From: a virus
Virus record (IMG/VR): IMGVR_UViG_3300030060_003910
Location: 30,355 to 94,354 of that record
DNA length: 64,000 bases
Strand: one strand, 5' to 3'
Shown here: positions 1 through 8,829 of the stretch, piece by piece
Position numbering within the stretch: the stretch's first letter is position 1
Layout of the letters: every line of letters begins with the position of its first letter
Program-made: the position numbers and the translations under genes
The notes under the pieces: model-generated
Database searches by the model: none
What the model was told of the DNA's origin: nothing
Seen by the model: the letters and a program-made list of their open reading frames with translations, nothing else

Positions 1-2
1 AG

Positions 3-98
3 AAATTGAAGGAGTTTTACAAAACTCATGTTTATACTTGGGTTTCCGAAACTAACCGAGCATGGGTAGCAATTCCACAATTGGAGGAAGAAGAATGA
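3..98 (+). CDS. hypothetical protein, 5'-truncated
   Basis: Open frame KLKEFYK...QLEEEE* from the window edge; its TGA overlaps the next ATG (ATGA at 95-98). Confidence 0.5.
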   Translation, partial: KLKEFYKTHVYTWVSETNRAWVAIPQLEEEE

Positions 99-454
99 AC
101 ATTATTATACCCGACCATGCAATACACCGAACAGAATTGAGAATGAAAACTCCTGATATGGAAATGTCAGAAGAAGAAAAACTTGTTGAGCAACACAAAG
201 AAAAGTTTCCCAACCAACATTACATTGTCTATTCTAATTGGACTGATGCTATGCTTTGTTTGAAGCAGAAAGTTTTTATCACCCCAAAATGTCTGGGTGA
301 GTTTAACTACAGCGAAAAGGGTCAAACTCCCACTTGCGATTATTGCGATGAAAGAAACACTTGGATTTTGAAAGAGTTTCACTACGATTTGGAGGATTTG
401 GACTGGTTGATGGAGAACGGCCCATTCGCCCCAAATAAGGAGGTGAAAGAATGA
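95..454 (+). CDS. hypothetical protein with possible Cys metal site (CxxC)
   Basis: ORF 62..454; the ATG at 95 follows GGAGG and overlaps the upstream stop. Confidence 0.6.
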   Translation: MNIIIPDHAIHRTELRMKTPDMEMSEEEKLVEQHKEKFPNQHYIVYSNWTDAMLCLKQKVFITPKCLGEFNYSEKGQTPTCDYCDERNTWILKEFHYDLEDLDWLMENGPFAPNKEVKE

Positions 455-690
455 AGGTTGAAATTAACGGAATGGATTTCAAAGAATGGATGGTTGCCTT
501 TGAAAAGCAAAGGAACCATATGAACCAAATTATTGCAGAAACTCTTGGTGAAAGTGTTGAAAAAGTCAAGAATGATATGGATAATATGACTCATATTGCT
601 CTTTTATATCATGAAGGGAAAATTTCAGAAGAGGAATTTACTCGTCTAATGACCCAAGAGTTTCCTGAATTAATGGAGGAAGAAGAATGA
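451..690 (+). CDS. hypothetical protein
   Basis: ATGA overlap, preceded by GGAGGTGA SD. Confidence 0.65.
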   Translation: MKVEINGMDFKEWMVAFEKQRNHMNQIIAETLGESVEKVKNDMDNMTHIALLYHEGKISEEEFTRLMTQEFPELMEEEE

Positions 691-1001
691 CGGAAGAAAA
701 GAAAGACTTTTGGTGGAGAATACCGTGGAATGTTTTAGCAAAAAGACCTGGAGGAATTAGGTATAATCAAGTTTTGACTTGGTTAGAAAATGAACACAAT
801 GAAGCGTATAATCATTGGGTTTCAATTGAAAATGATTATCGTAAAGACTTCACTTTTGGAAATTATGCTCGTATTTTGACTTGGCTAGAAGAGGAATATA
901 TTGAACTATTTATTCAATGGAAGCCAGTCCTTAAACAAATTGAGGTTGAATCGGAAAAATCGGCAAGAGAATTAGCGAGAAAGAGAGGTTGGGTAAAATG
1001 A
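687..1001 (+). CDS. hypothetical protein with internal duplication (YxxxLTWLExE...W twice)
   Basis: ATGA overlap; repeats YNQVLTWLENEHNEAYNHW and YARILTWLEEEYIELFIQW. Confidence 0.65.
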   Translation: MTEEKKDFWWRIPWNVLAKRPGGIRYNQVLTWLENEHNEAYNHWVSIENDYRKDFTFGNYARILTWLEEEYIELFIQWKPVLKQIEVESEKSARELARKRGWVK

Positions 1002-1216
1002 AGGCTTTAGGTAAATATGCAATAATTAAACTAGAAAACTCTACCTCTAAATCAGGTATTCAGGTTAGGATTGATAGCACAGGTATTGTGCATTCATGTC
1101 CTTCAATGCCTGAAATTGAAGGTAAATTGGTTTTGTTTGATGATAGACACCGTTTCGTATCTCACGATGATATGATTATTGTTTCTACTGAACACTTATT
1201 GGGAGTGATTGAATGA
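998..1216 (+). CDS. groES: GroES/Cpn10-like co-chaperonin
   Basis: MKALGKYAIIK...SKSGI...GKLVLF...IIVSTEHLLGVIE matches the Cpn10 pattern; directly upstream of groEL. Confidence 0.7.
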   Translation: MKALGKYAIIKLENSTSKSGIQVRIDSTGIVHSCPSMPEIEGKLVLFDDRHRFVSHDDMIIVSTEHLLGVIE

Positions 1217-2736
1217 TTTTGAATGGAGAAGAAGTAAAGCAAAAGTTGCTACAAGGCATCAATCTGGTTGCTGATACAGTTAAACCAACATTAGGCCCAC
1301 AAGCAAAGACTGTAATTTTGCAGGGTAATCCTCCAATTGTGATTAATGATGGAGTGACGATTACGAAATATATTTCCCATGACGACCCTTATGTTCAAAT
1401 GGGAGTTCAATTAGTTCAAAATTTAGCAAGTAAAGCCCAAGAAGGTTCAGGCGATGGAACAACAACCGCCTGTATTCTTGCACAGGCTTTTTGTAATGAA
1501 TTAATGAGTAATGAAGAACAAATGACCACGCATGACTTTAACCTTCTAATGGACTCTCTTCGTGAGCAAACAATTAATTTCTTAGACGGTATCTCTATGA
1601 CTGTTGATGATTCGGATATTCTAAATGTTGCTACAATTGCGGCAAACAATGATGCTTCTCTTGGCTATTTGATTCAAGAAGCGTTTAATACGGTTGGTCG
1701 TGATGGTGTGATTACTGTTGAGGAATCTAATGATTATCAAACTCAATTGATTCTTCGTGAAGGTATGGAAATCCAAGAAGGATATTTGAGTCATCTTATG
1801 TGCAATACGGAAAGTGGAAAGGTTGAGTTTAATAATCCCGTTGTTTTCATGTCAAATATGGGCCTTCGTCATTTTAAAGACATCATGCCTTTGCTTGAAT
1901 ATTCAGCGAGTCAAAGCCGACCTCTTTTGATTATGTGCAAAGGTATGGATGGTTCAGCACTTAACAATTTGATTATGAATCTAATCAATAAGACTGTTGA
2001 ATGTGCAGTAGTGATGGCTCCTAATTTCGGAGATGCTCAGATTGATGAATTGTCGGATATTCAATCATTAATTGGTGGTAAAGTCTTTGTTGAAGAAAGC
2101 AAAGACGATTCAAAACTCTTTACTGAAACCGATTTGGGAACCTGTTCCAAGGTCATTATCACAAAAGAAACTACGACTTTTATTGGCGGAGAAGGCAAAA
2201 CCGAAGATAGAATTAAAGCCCTGAAAGAACAGGCACTTGATTTGAAAGGACATGACTTGGCTCGGATTAAATCAAGAGTAGCCCGCCTCAAAGGTGGAAT
2301 TGCTACTATCAAGGTTGGTGCATCTTCATCAATTGAAATGCGAGAAAAGAAAGAACGACTTGATGATGCACTTCACGCAACAAAGGCCGCTTTGGAAGAA
2401 GGTATTGTTGTTGGTGGTGGTGTCCCATTTATTCGTCTTGCTTATGCAATTGAAGCACCCGAATGGTTCAGAAAGTCTGTTGTAAAACCTTATCGTGTTT
2501 TGATGGATAATGCAAACTACACCGAGCAAACAAGGGTTGTAGGGTTTGAAATTGAAAAGACAATTGATGGAACAAATCCTAATTGGGGATTCAATGCAGT
2601 TTCATGTCAGCATGAAGATTTGTTTAAGGCAGGAGTCTTTGACCCCGTGAAGGTTTCCAAGAATAGTTTCTTGGCGGCATTGTCAATTGCTCAGTTGTTT
2701 TATTCAACAGATGTTGCAGTATTAGTGGAGGAATAA
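1213..2736 (+). CDS. groEL: Group I chaperonin GroEL
   Basis: VKPTLGP, INDGVTI, GDGTTTA, TIAANND, APNFGD, EKKERLDDALHATKAALEEGIVVGGG, GVFDPVKV. Confidence 0.95.
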   Translation: MILNGEEVKQKLLQGINLVADTVKPTLGPQAKTVILQGNPPIVINDGVTITKYISHDDPYVQMGVQLVQNLASKAQEGSGDGTTTACILAQAFCNELMSNEEQMTTHDFNLLMDSLREQTINFLDGISMTVDDSDILNVATIAANNDASLGYLIQEAFNTVGRDGVITVEESNDYQTQLILREGMEIQEGYLSHLMCNTESGKVEFNNPVVFMSNMGLRHFKDIMPLLEYSASQSRPLLIMCKGMDGSALNNLIMNLINKTVECAVVMAPNFGDAQIDELSDIQSLIGGKVFVEESKDDSKLFTETDLGTCSKVIITKETTTFIGGEGKTEDRIKALKEQALDLKGHDLARIKSRVARLKGGIATIKVGASSSIEMREKKERLDDALHATKAALEEGIVVGGGVPFIRLAYAIEAPEWFRKSVVKPYRVLMDNANYTEQTRVVGFEIEKTIDGTNPNWGFNAVSCQHEDLFKAGVFDPVKVSKNSFLAALSIAQLFYSTDVAVLVEE

Positions 2737-2738
2737 AA

Positions 2739-2906
2739 ATGGATAAAGTAACATTAGAAGAACTTAGAGAGTTAAGAGATGAAGGGATGCTACCGTTTAT
2801 GATGTATGGTTGGGCTATACGCAAAGGAATTCCCAAAGATAAAATTGATGAAGAAGTCGCTAAATTAGAAAAAGCGATTAATGAAATGCTTGAACAGGAG
2901 GAATAA
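2739..2906 (+). CDS. small hypothetical protein (55 aa, not in ORF track)
   Basis: MDKVTLEELRELRDEG...MLEQEE*; GGAGG SD; fills the gap between genes. Confidence 0.6.
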   Translation: MDKVTLEELRELRDEGMLPFMMYGWAIRKGIPKDKIDEEVAKLEKAINEMLEQEE

Positions 2907-2908
2907 AC

Positions 2909-3130
2909 ATGGTTAAAAAATTAGAAGATATGGGTTATGTTAAAATTTCCGAGTATGAGAAAATACAATTATTTAACAAAGATGCTGATTTTGACGAACT
3001 AGACGCTATTTTATATCTTACTGACGGTATTTCTCGTGAGAGTTTTAATATTCTTGATGAATTTGTGGAAGTTTGGCTACCAAGAGAGTATTTCTTTCCA
3101 AATAATGTGGAAGAACTAAAGGAGGATTAA
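2909..3130 (+). CDS. hypothetical protein
   Basis: GGAGG SD, tight packing. Confidence 0.6.
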   Translation: MVKKLEDMGYVKISEYEKIQLFNKDADFDELDAILYLTDGISRESFNILDEFVEVWLPREYFFPNNVEELKED

Positions 3131-3132
3131 AT

Positions 3133-3264
3133 ATGTTAGATGCTTTAAATATTTTACTAGATAGCGAAATTGTGAGAATGACTGTTGTTTATGCTGATGG
3201 TTCACTAGATATTTTAATTAGGCAAAAAGACGGGACATTTAGTGTAGAAAGGAGGAATCGTTGA
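3133..3264 (+). CDS. small hypothetical protein (43 aa)
   Basis: MLDALNILLDSEIVRMTVVYADG...ERRNR*; GGAGG SD. Confidence 0.5.
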   Translation: MLDALNILLDSEIVRMTVVYADGSLDILIRQKDGTFSVERRNR

Positions 3265-3380
3265 TGGAATGTCCAAATTGTAAGAGAAGTATTATTCCTC
3301 ATTTTGGTGGGTATCATATGCGAAGATATGGTATGTGTCAGGATTGTTGGGAATTAAAACTCAAGGAGACTAAGAAATGA
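3264..3380 (+). CDS. small Zn-finger protein (38 aa)
   Basis: MECPNCKR...GMCQDCWELK; TGATG and ATGA overlaps; SD. Confidence 0.55.
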   Translation: MECPNCKRSIIPHFGGYHMRRYGMCQDCWELKLKETKK

Positions 3381-3775
3381 AAGAGAAAGCAATTACTGTT
3401 GTTTTACCTGCGCCACACAAGCAAAGGATAAAATGCCCTATTTGTGAAGGAAATAAATGTAAAGTCTGCAATATGTCTGGGGAACTAGGTATTAATGTAG
3501 CACCAAAGATTCCGATTCAAAGGGCGCATATTATCAAATATGTTGCTGAAAATATGCACGAAGTAGCAAAGGAAATTACTCGCAAATATGGTTTAGTGCC
3601 TGAAGTTAATACGGCTGAAGTGATAGAAGTAAATGGAGGACAATTTGAAGTTGTTCAGATTTCTAGTCTTGGTGGTGTTTGCTGGGTTGTAAATCGCTTG
3701 GATGATTTAGATACTCCAAGATACTTTACATCAAAACAGGAACTTGACAAGTTTAAACAGGGGTGGATGAATTGA
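3377..3775 (+). CDS. Zn-finger protein (CPICEG-x-CKVCNMSG, similar to the DnaJ Cys-rich repeat)
   Basis: Two CxxC motifs with downstream Gly. Confidence 0.6.
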   Translation: MKEKAITVVLPAPHKQRIKCPICEGNKCKVCNMSGELGINVAPKIPIQRAHIIKYVAENMHEVAKEITRKYGLVPEVNTAEVIEVNGGQFEVVQISSLGGVCWVVNRLDDLDTPRYFTSKQELDKFKQGWMN

Positions 3776-3789
3776 TAGAAGGAGATGAA

Positions 3790-3912
3790 TTGATAGACTT
3801 TGATAGATGGTTTTTAAAAACCTATCCTCCCAAAAACATTAGAGACATTATTATGGAAAAAGGATTCTTTCATAAGATACTATTTCCTATTTATTCGGAG
3901 GAAGAGGAATGA
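3790..3912 (+). CDS. small hypothetical protein (40 aa, TTG start)
   Basis: MIDFDRWFLKTYPP...SEEEE*; GGAG SD; ATGA overlap with the next gene. Confidence 0.4.
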   Translation: MIDFDRWFLKTYPPKNIRDIIMEKGFFHKILFPIYSEEEE

Positions 3913-4121
3913 CAGATGAATTAGAAGTAAAAGGAACCATAGTCCGTAATGCTGAACTGGACTGTAAAATAAAGCGTGGTGTCTATTGGAACATAGATGT
4001 CATGGATATTCGTTGGTATCGTAATGACAAGCCAACAAATAAAGGCATTCGTTTGAATGTTGATGAAGCAAAATTGTTATTACAAATTTTAAGGAGAGAA
4101 TTAGATGAAGAGAGTAAGTGA
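3909..4121 (+). CDS. PC4/Sub1-like ssDNA-binding protein
   Basis: MDIRWYRNDKPTNKGIRLNVDEAKLL matches the PC4 motif DIRxxy...KPxxKGIsL. Confidence 0.75.
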   Translation: MTDELEVKGTIVRNAELDCKIKRGVYWNIDVMDIRWYRNDKPTNKGIRLNVDEAKLLLQILRRELDEESK

Positions 4122-4365
4122 TGTTCAATCAAAGAAAAGCCTACGGGCGGCAAATGAAGAAAGACAATATGGGCATAATGCTGTTCCTCGGTTTGGAAAC
4201 TGTGCTGGAAAAATTATTGATTTGTTTGCTATTTATGTTGAAGAAAGTATGACTGTTCCGCCTAAAGGTGGAAGAGGTTGTCGTGTTCAAAAAGAACATA
4301 TTGATTTGTGTTTCGGTAAGTTTTATCAGGCTATGAGAGAATTTATGGATGGTGAAAAAGAATGA
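4105..4365 (+). CDS. putative divergent histone-fold protein
   Basis: Short helix KKSLRAA, long helix AVPRF...IIDLFAIYVEES, then GRGCRVQKEHIDLCF, which resembles GRKTIKxEDIxLA. Confidence 0.4.
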   Translation: MKRVSDVQSKKSLRAANEERQYGHNAVPRFGNCAGKIIDLFAIYVEESMTVPPKGGRGCRVQKEHIDLCFGKFYQAMREFMDGEKE

Positions 4366-4517
4366 CTGAGAAATTTAAAAAAGGAGAGTTTTTGTATATG
4401 GAATTGACAACATGGTTATTAGAACACTTTAAAGATGTTTATGATGATTATCAATTAAATGCTGCTGAAGCACACATTCAAAAGTGGAGAAAATACATAA
4501 AGGGTGATAAAGAATGA
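4362..4517 (+). CDS. small hypothetical protein (51 aa)
   Basis: MTEKFKKGEFLYMELTTWLLEHFKDVYDDY...; ATGA overlaps at both ends; GGTGA SD. Confidence 0.6.
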   Translation: MTEKFKKGEFLYMELTTWLLEHFKDVYDDYQLNAAEAHIQKWRKYIKGDKE

Positions 4518-4867
4518 ATAAACTTTACTTGATTACAACCAACAATAAGAAGTTTGATTCTTGGGCTAAACAATTGAAGAAGAACCTCAAGGGACTAGCC
4601 CTTGACCACTTCAATTCAGGATATAATGATGTAGTTAATGGAAACTATTTGGCGAGAGCCTCTTTTGTTTGTTATTGGGAAATCTATTCAAATGATTCTC
4701 TAGCAAGATTAGCACCAGCCATTACCCAAGCATCATTTATTCATATGTTGCATAGGTTCATGGAAATGGAAATGCACGAAGAAGTGAGAGTTGTTGAGCA
4801 ATTAATGATGAATTTCTTGCGGCTCCTTCAAAGACTAGAAGGAGAGGAAAATAATGAAGAAGAGTGA
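4514..4867 (+). CDS. hypothetical protein
   Basis: GGTGA SD, ATGA overlap. Confidence 0.65.
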   Translation: MNKLYLITTNNKKFDSWAKQLKKNLKGLALDHFNSGYNDVVNGNYLARASFVCYWEIYSNDSLARLAPAITQASFIHMLHRFMEMEMHEEVRVVEQLMMNFLRLLQRLEGEENNEEE

Positions 4868-5096
4868 TTGGGTCTATCTAGCAAACGCTATGTGGACTTA
4901 TTCAGAAAGAAATGAAGGAAAAATCAGTATACTTCTAAAACAACTGATTAAAGAAATAAATAATAATAAGGAGATGATTGAAAATGACATGGGAAAATAT
5001 GAGCAGAATGCTACAAGCAACAGACCAATTGACACCGACTCAACAAATAAGTCGGATTTCAAGAGACTTGGAAACATTCACGACGGAGAAGAATAG
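4854..5096 (+). CDS. hypothetical protein (3' end overlaps the ligase)
   Basis: SD GGAGAGG; fills the 4867-4984 gap. Confidence 0.45.
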   Translation: MKKSDWVYLANAMWTYSERNEGKISILLKQLIKEINNNKEMIENDMGKYEQNATSNRPIDTDSTNKSDFKRLGNIHDGEE

Positions 5097-6525
5097 CCCT
5101 TCTTTGGTTTTGCAGATTCTTGACAAAGATAAACTGGAAGCAAATAGCCTCGGTTTAGCAAAGGCAAAGAAATGGATGGCTAAAATCTTTGATGTTTTTG
5201 ATGATGAAATTGATGGATTGATGTATGCCCACGATGATTTGGGCGAAGCAATTTATCACCTTGACCCATCAGCAGAAAAACAACGAACCATTTCTGTTCA
5301 GTATGTTCATCGTATTTTGAACATGAACTGCGGAAAGATTGATTCTAACGAGTTTTCTATTCTTGAGGAATCAATTTTGGCTATGTCTGCAAATGCACGA
5401 CGCTGGTTCATTCGGTATATGCTAAGAACGCCACGAAATGGAATCAATGAAGGAACCGTTGCGAAGATTATCGCCAAGCACTACAATAAGAAGCAAGCAG
5501 ATGTTAAGAAACATTTGAACTTCAATTCTGTTGAGGTGGTTTGTTATCACTATAATGCTGGTTCCAATCCTCCATGTAATCTAACCTATGGAAAATTCAT
5601 CAAACCAATGCTTGCTAAGGAAGTTCCGATGAATAAGTGGCCTACTAACTTTGTTGTTGATTACAAATACGATGGAAACAGATACCAAATTCATATTGAT
5701 GGCGACAAAACTATGATTTTTAATCGTAAAGGTAAAATCGTAACTCAGCAATTCCCTGATGTTGTTGAATTGGTTCAAGAGTATGATGTTGAAAATGCTA
5801 TTCTTGATGGTGAAATCTATCCTATCTTGGAAAATGGCGCACCTGCACCTCATAAGCAAATGGGAACAAGGGTTCATTCAAAGAATATTCAAGAGGCTAT
5901 GGAAAGAGTCAAGGTTGAATGGGTCATTTTTGATTGTCTCATGTTGAACAACGAAACAGTCATGGATTTGTCATATACGGAACGGTTGGAGAAGATGAAA
6001 GACCTGCCGAATCAAGCACACCGAATCACCGAGGGCGACATTATGGCCTTTTACCATGAAGCAATCAACGAAGGGTTTGAAGGAATCATCGTTAAGGATG
6101 CAAGCCAACCTTATCAATCAGGAAAACGCTCCGTTTTCTGGGCTAAATATAAACCTCCGCAGATTAATCTTGATGTTGTTATCCTCTCCGCAAAATATGG
6201 GGAAGGTAAGCGGTCAAATGTTTTCGGCACTTACGAGTTAGGCGTGAGGGCTAATAATGGTTATCACAGCGTCGGATGGTGTGGAACAGGCTTCTCGGAT
6301 AGCGATTTAATCAACCTCACGAACACGCTACGGCGTAATGTTGAATCCTTTGACAACGGGCGATTCTTTGTTTCGCCTGTTGTTATTCTTGAAGTTAAGG
6401 CTGATTTGGTTAGCCGTGATGAAAAAGGCAACTTGGGTCTAAGGTTCCCAAGATGTGTCCGTATTCGTGATGATAAATTTGTTGCGGATATTAATACCTT
6501 GAATGATGTGGAGAGATTAGAATGA
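4984..6525 (+). CDS. lig: ATP-dependent DNA ligase
   Basis: Motif I KYDGNR, ILDGEI, IFDCL, EGFEGIIVKD, WAKYK, motif VI LRFPRCVRIRDDK. Confidence 0.95.
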   Translation: MTWENMSRMLQATDQLTPTQQISRISRDLETFTTEKNSPSLVLQILDKDKLEANSLGLAKAKKWMAKIFDVFDDEIDGLMYAHDDLGEAIYHLDPSAEKQRTISVQYVHRILNMNCGKIDSNEFSILEESILAMSANARRWFIRYMLRTPRNGINEGTVAKIIAKHYNKKQADVKKHLNFNSVEVVCYHYNAGSNPPCNLTYGKFIKPMLAKEVPMNKWPTNFVVDYKYDGNRYQIHIDGDKTMIFNRKGKIVTQQFPDVVELVQEYDVENAILDGEIYPILENGAPAPHKQMGTRVHSKNIQEAMERVKVEWVIFDCLMLNNETVMDLSYTERLEKMKDLPNQAHRITEGDIMAFYHEAINEGFEGIIVKDASQPYQSGKRSVFWAKYKPPQINLDVVILSAKYGEGKRSNVFGTYELGVRANNGYHSVGWCGTGFSDSDLINLTNTLRRNVESFDNGRFFVSPVVILEVKADLVSRDEKGNLGLRFPRCVRIRDDKFVADINTLNDVERLE

Positions 6526-6896
6526 AAGAAGAATCAGCAGTATGGAATACAAAGTATTTTGCAGACCAACATGGGCGTTGTAGGAAAATTTCTGAAATGA
6601 GTATGAAACAAACAGATATAGCAATTAGGTCTTCATTTACAAGAATGAAGACCTCTATGCTACATTTAGAAAGACTTTACCATAGAAGATTTGTTTTGAA
6701 GCAGAAATTAGGAGAAGAAGATTACATGGTGAGAAACCATAAGCAAAAGATTATTCAAAATCTTGGTCTGAAATCGGAACTTGAAAAGAATGAACATATG
6801 CAACAGATTCTTCTAACTGCTCTCACTTTCATTGAAAGCGGAAAGGATATTTCTTTGATTAAGGCTGTTCTTGAACAAGCGAGGGATGATGAATGA
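6522..6896 (+). CDS. hypothetical protein
   Basis: ATGA overlaps at both ends. Confidence 0.6.
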   Translation: MKEESAVWNTKYFADQHGRCRKISEMSMKQTDIAIRSSFTRMKTSMLHLERLYHRRFVLKQKLGEEDYMVRNHKQKIIQNLGLKSELEKNEHMQQILLTALTFIESGKDISLIKAVLEQARDDE

Positions 6897-7336
6897 TTCA
6901 ACAAGGAGAAATGACAATTATTGATGCAATTACTTACAGGTGTTTAAAAATTGATGAAGATGGCTATGCTCATCTAAAAAATATTCTGCATGAACAAGGC
7001 CGACCTAAGTTAGTTTTACAGAAGTATTGTCCTTATATTAAGGATAATCAAATCATTGTTCCTGAAAAGCCTGCCTATAAGAAACCAAAACCTACCACTA
7101 AAATTAATGTAACTCAGTTAATTAAAGAAACAACCGACCTTCAAGTTTCAAATGAGGCAAAATATTTTATTACTCAATGGGTTGAAACAGCGATTGCCAA
7201 CCTTATTAGCAACGCAGAAGAAAACGCAATTGAAAGGGGAGAGTCTCGCTTAACGGCCGCTCACTTCTTTTGGCTTGAAACAAATACTGCACCTAATGGT
7301 TATTGGCCTTCAAATACACAATATATGCAGGACTGA
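6893..7336 (+). CDS. protein with a C-terminal histone fold and a small N-terminal beta domain
   Basis: INVTQLIKETTDLQVSNEAKYFITQWVETAIANLISNAEENAIERGESRLTAAHF aligns by eye with archaeal histones (RIIK..A.RVSDDA...A...GRKTIKAEDI). Confidence 0.65.
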   Translation: MIQQGEMTIIDAITYRCLKIDEDGYAHLKNILHEQGRPKLVLQKYCPYIKDNQIIVPEKPAYKKPKPTTKINVTQLIKETTDLQVSNEAKYFITQWVETAIANLISNAEENAIERGESRLTAAHFFWLETNTAPNGYWPSNTQYMQD

Positions 7337-7341
7337 TATTT

Positions 7342-7737
7342 ATGTATAGTAAAGATATGCTAATTGGTATCTTACTAACTGCTGGTAAGTTGGATTTTAA
7401 TATTGAAAGAGCAAGTGATTCTCAAATTGGTTATCGTGTAAGAGTGAAAATTATCCTTCGTGCTGAAGAATCATTTCTTAGGGCCGTTGAAAGAACGCTT
7501 TTTCAACATGAGATTACTTCTTCTTACAAAGAAAAAGAGTCAAAGACAAGACCAAAGCCCATTCTAAAGATTGGCGGAATCAAAAATCTGTATAAATTGA
7601 CAGAATTGGTTCCTGTATTACCTGACGCAAAAGGAGACTGGGGAACATTTAGAGAACTGGTTGAATTAATATCAGAGAATAAACATAGAACATCAAGTGG
7701 ACTTGATAGAATATTTGAATTGAAAGGGGTCATTTAA
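7342..7737 (+). CDS. degenerate single-motif LAGLIDADG protein (probably catalytically inactive)
   Basis: MLIGILLTAG helix, SQIGYRVRVKI, and C-terminal KHRTSSGLDRIFELK typical of LAGLIDADG endonucleases; no acidic catalytic residue. Confidence 0.6.
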   Translation: MYSKDMLIGILLTAGKLDFNIERASDSQIGYRVRVKIILRAEESFLRAVERTLFQHEITSSYKEKESKTRPKPILKIGGIKNLYKLTELVPVLPDAKGDWGTFRELVELISENKHRTSSGLDRIFELKGVI

Positions 7738-8591
7738 TGGGACTAACAAATAGAAATAATGATAATAGAACAATCCTACTAACAGGCAAAACTGGAACTG
7801 GAAAATCAATAAAGGCACTTACTTTCGTAAATGACCCAATCGTTCTATATGCAAACGACATTGATTTTGATGTAGGTTCATTTCCTGTGGAGAACGGAAT
7901 CGTTATTGAAGATGTGCATTACAAACCTGATAAGTCAGCAATCTTGCACATCATACGCAATTATCGTGGTCAAGTAGTATTGACTTCTATTAACCAAAAG
8001 TCTGTTCCCAAAGAAATTAAGGATATGTGTAAAATCAAAAGAGCAGGTTCTCATAATTTCCTTGAGGAAGAAATTAAAGCAATTGCTCCAAATAGCGAAA
8101 GTCCTTTCTCTTTAGATAGAGATACTTATTCTATTGTGAACGGTTTTCTTAAGGAGAGAAATAGAGATTTGGTCGCTGAAATTTTACTGTTTAACAAACC
8201 ATCAGATACACAGATTCTATCGTGGTTGTCTGAAAATATGCACCCTAACAGATTAATTTTTGTTGATGGAAGAGTTAAGCGAAGATGGAGTCAAAGATAC
8301 TTTTATGAGATGCTTGCCTATTCTCATACAGGTTCTTTTGTTGGACAATTAAATATGCCAAAAAGAAGAGCATATTCACAAATACCAAAACTAGCAAGAA
8401 GACTTGGTGTTAAGAACCAAAGACTTCTTCCTGCTTTATTGAAAGATGAAGCGTTTAAAGAACAGGCAAAAAAGAAACTTAACAATGCCGAATGCCGATT
8501 GCTTAAAATCGGTGAGAAACGGCGTAGAAAGAAAACTACACCTATTGTAATAACACAAACATCATTAGGTGATTTTATGAAGGATGGATAA
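7737..8591 (+). CDS. rfcL: clamp loader (RFC) large subunit-like protein
   Basis: Walker A GKTGTGKS, IVIEDVH, C-terminal PIP box QTSLGDF; adjacent to RFC small subunit. Confidence 0.65.
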   Translation: MGLTNRNNDNRTILLTGKTGTGKSIKALTFVNDPIVLYANDIDFDVGSFPVENGIVIEDVHYKPDKSAILHIIRNYRGQVVLTSINQKSVPKEIKDMCKIKRAGSHNFLEEEIKAIAPNSESPFSLDRDTYSIVNGFLKERNRDLVAEILLFNKPSDTQILSWLSENMHPNRLIFVDGRVKRRWSQRYFYEMLAYSHTGSFVGQLNMPKRRAYSQIPKLARRLGVKNQRLLPALLKDEAFKEQAKKKLNNAECRLLKIGEKRRRKKTTPIVITQTSLGDFMKDG

Positions 8592-8593
8592 AT

Positions 8594-8827
8594 ATGCCAA
8601 GAGGAACTCACGGATTTAGCATGGCTATAGAAGAAATAATTAAATTGATTAAGAAAGAGGGGCCACTACCCACCGAAGCAATAAAGATTAAAATTGAAAA
8701 TATTCCTAGACTCAAAAATACTAGAATAACTTCAAATCGTATTGGTCAGTATCTTCGTAGAATGCCCTTTTTTGTTGTTGAAAAACAGCCAAACGGAACA
8801 AAAATATATGGAATAATGGAGGAATAA
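8594..8827 (+). CDS. small winged-helix DNA-binding protein
   Basis: IIKLIKKEGPLPTEAI...TSNRIGQYLRR...beta hairpin. Confidence 0.55.
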   Translation: MPRGTHGFSMAIEEIIKLIKKEGPLPTEAIKIKIENIPRLKNTRITSNRIGQYLRRMPFFVVEKQPNGTKIYGIMEE

Positions 8828-8829
8828 AA

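Noticed and set aside
3766-3797. 14-bp direct repeat GATGAATTGATAGA as a target-site duplication
   Set aside because: The copies are only 4 nt apart with no element between them; likely a local duplication at a gene junction
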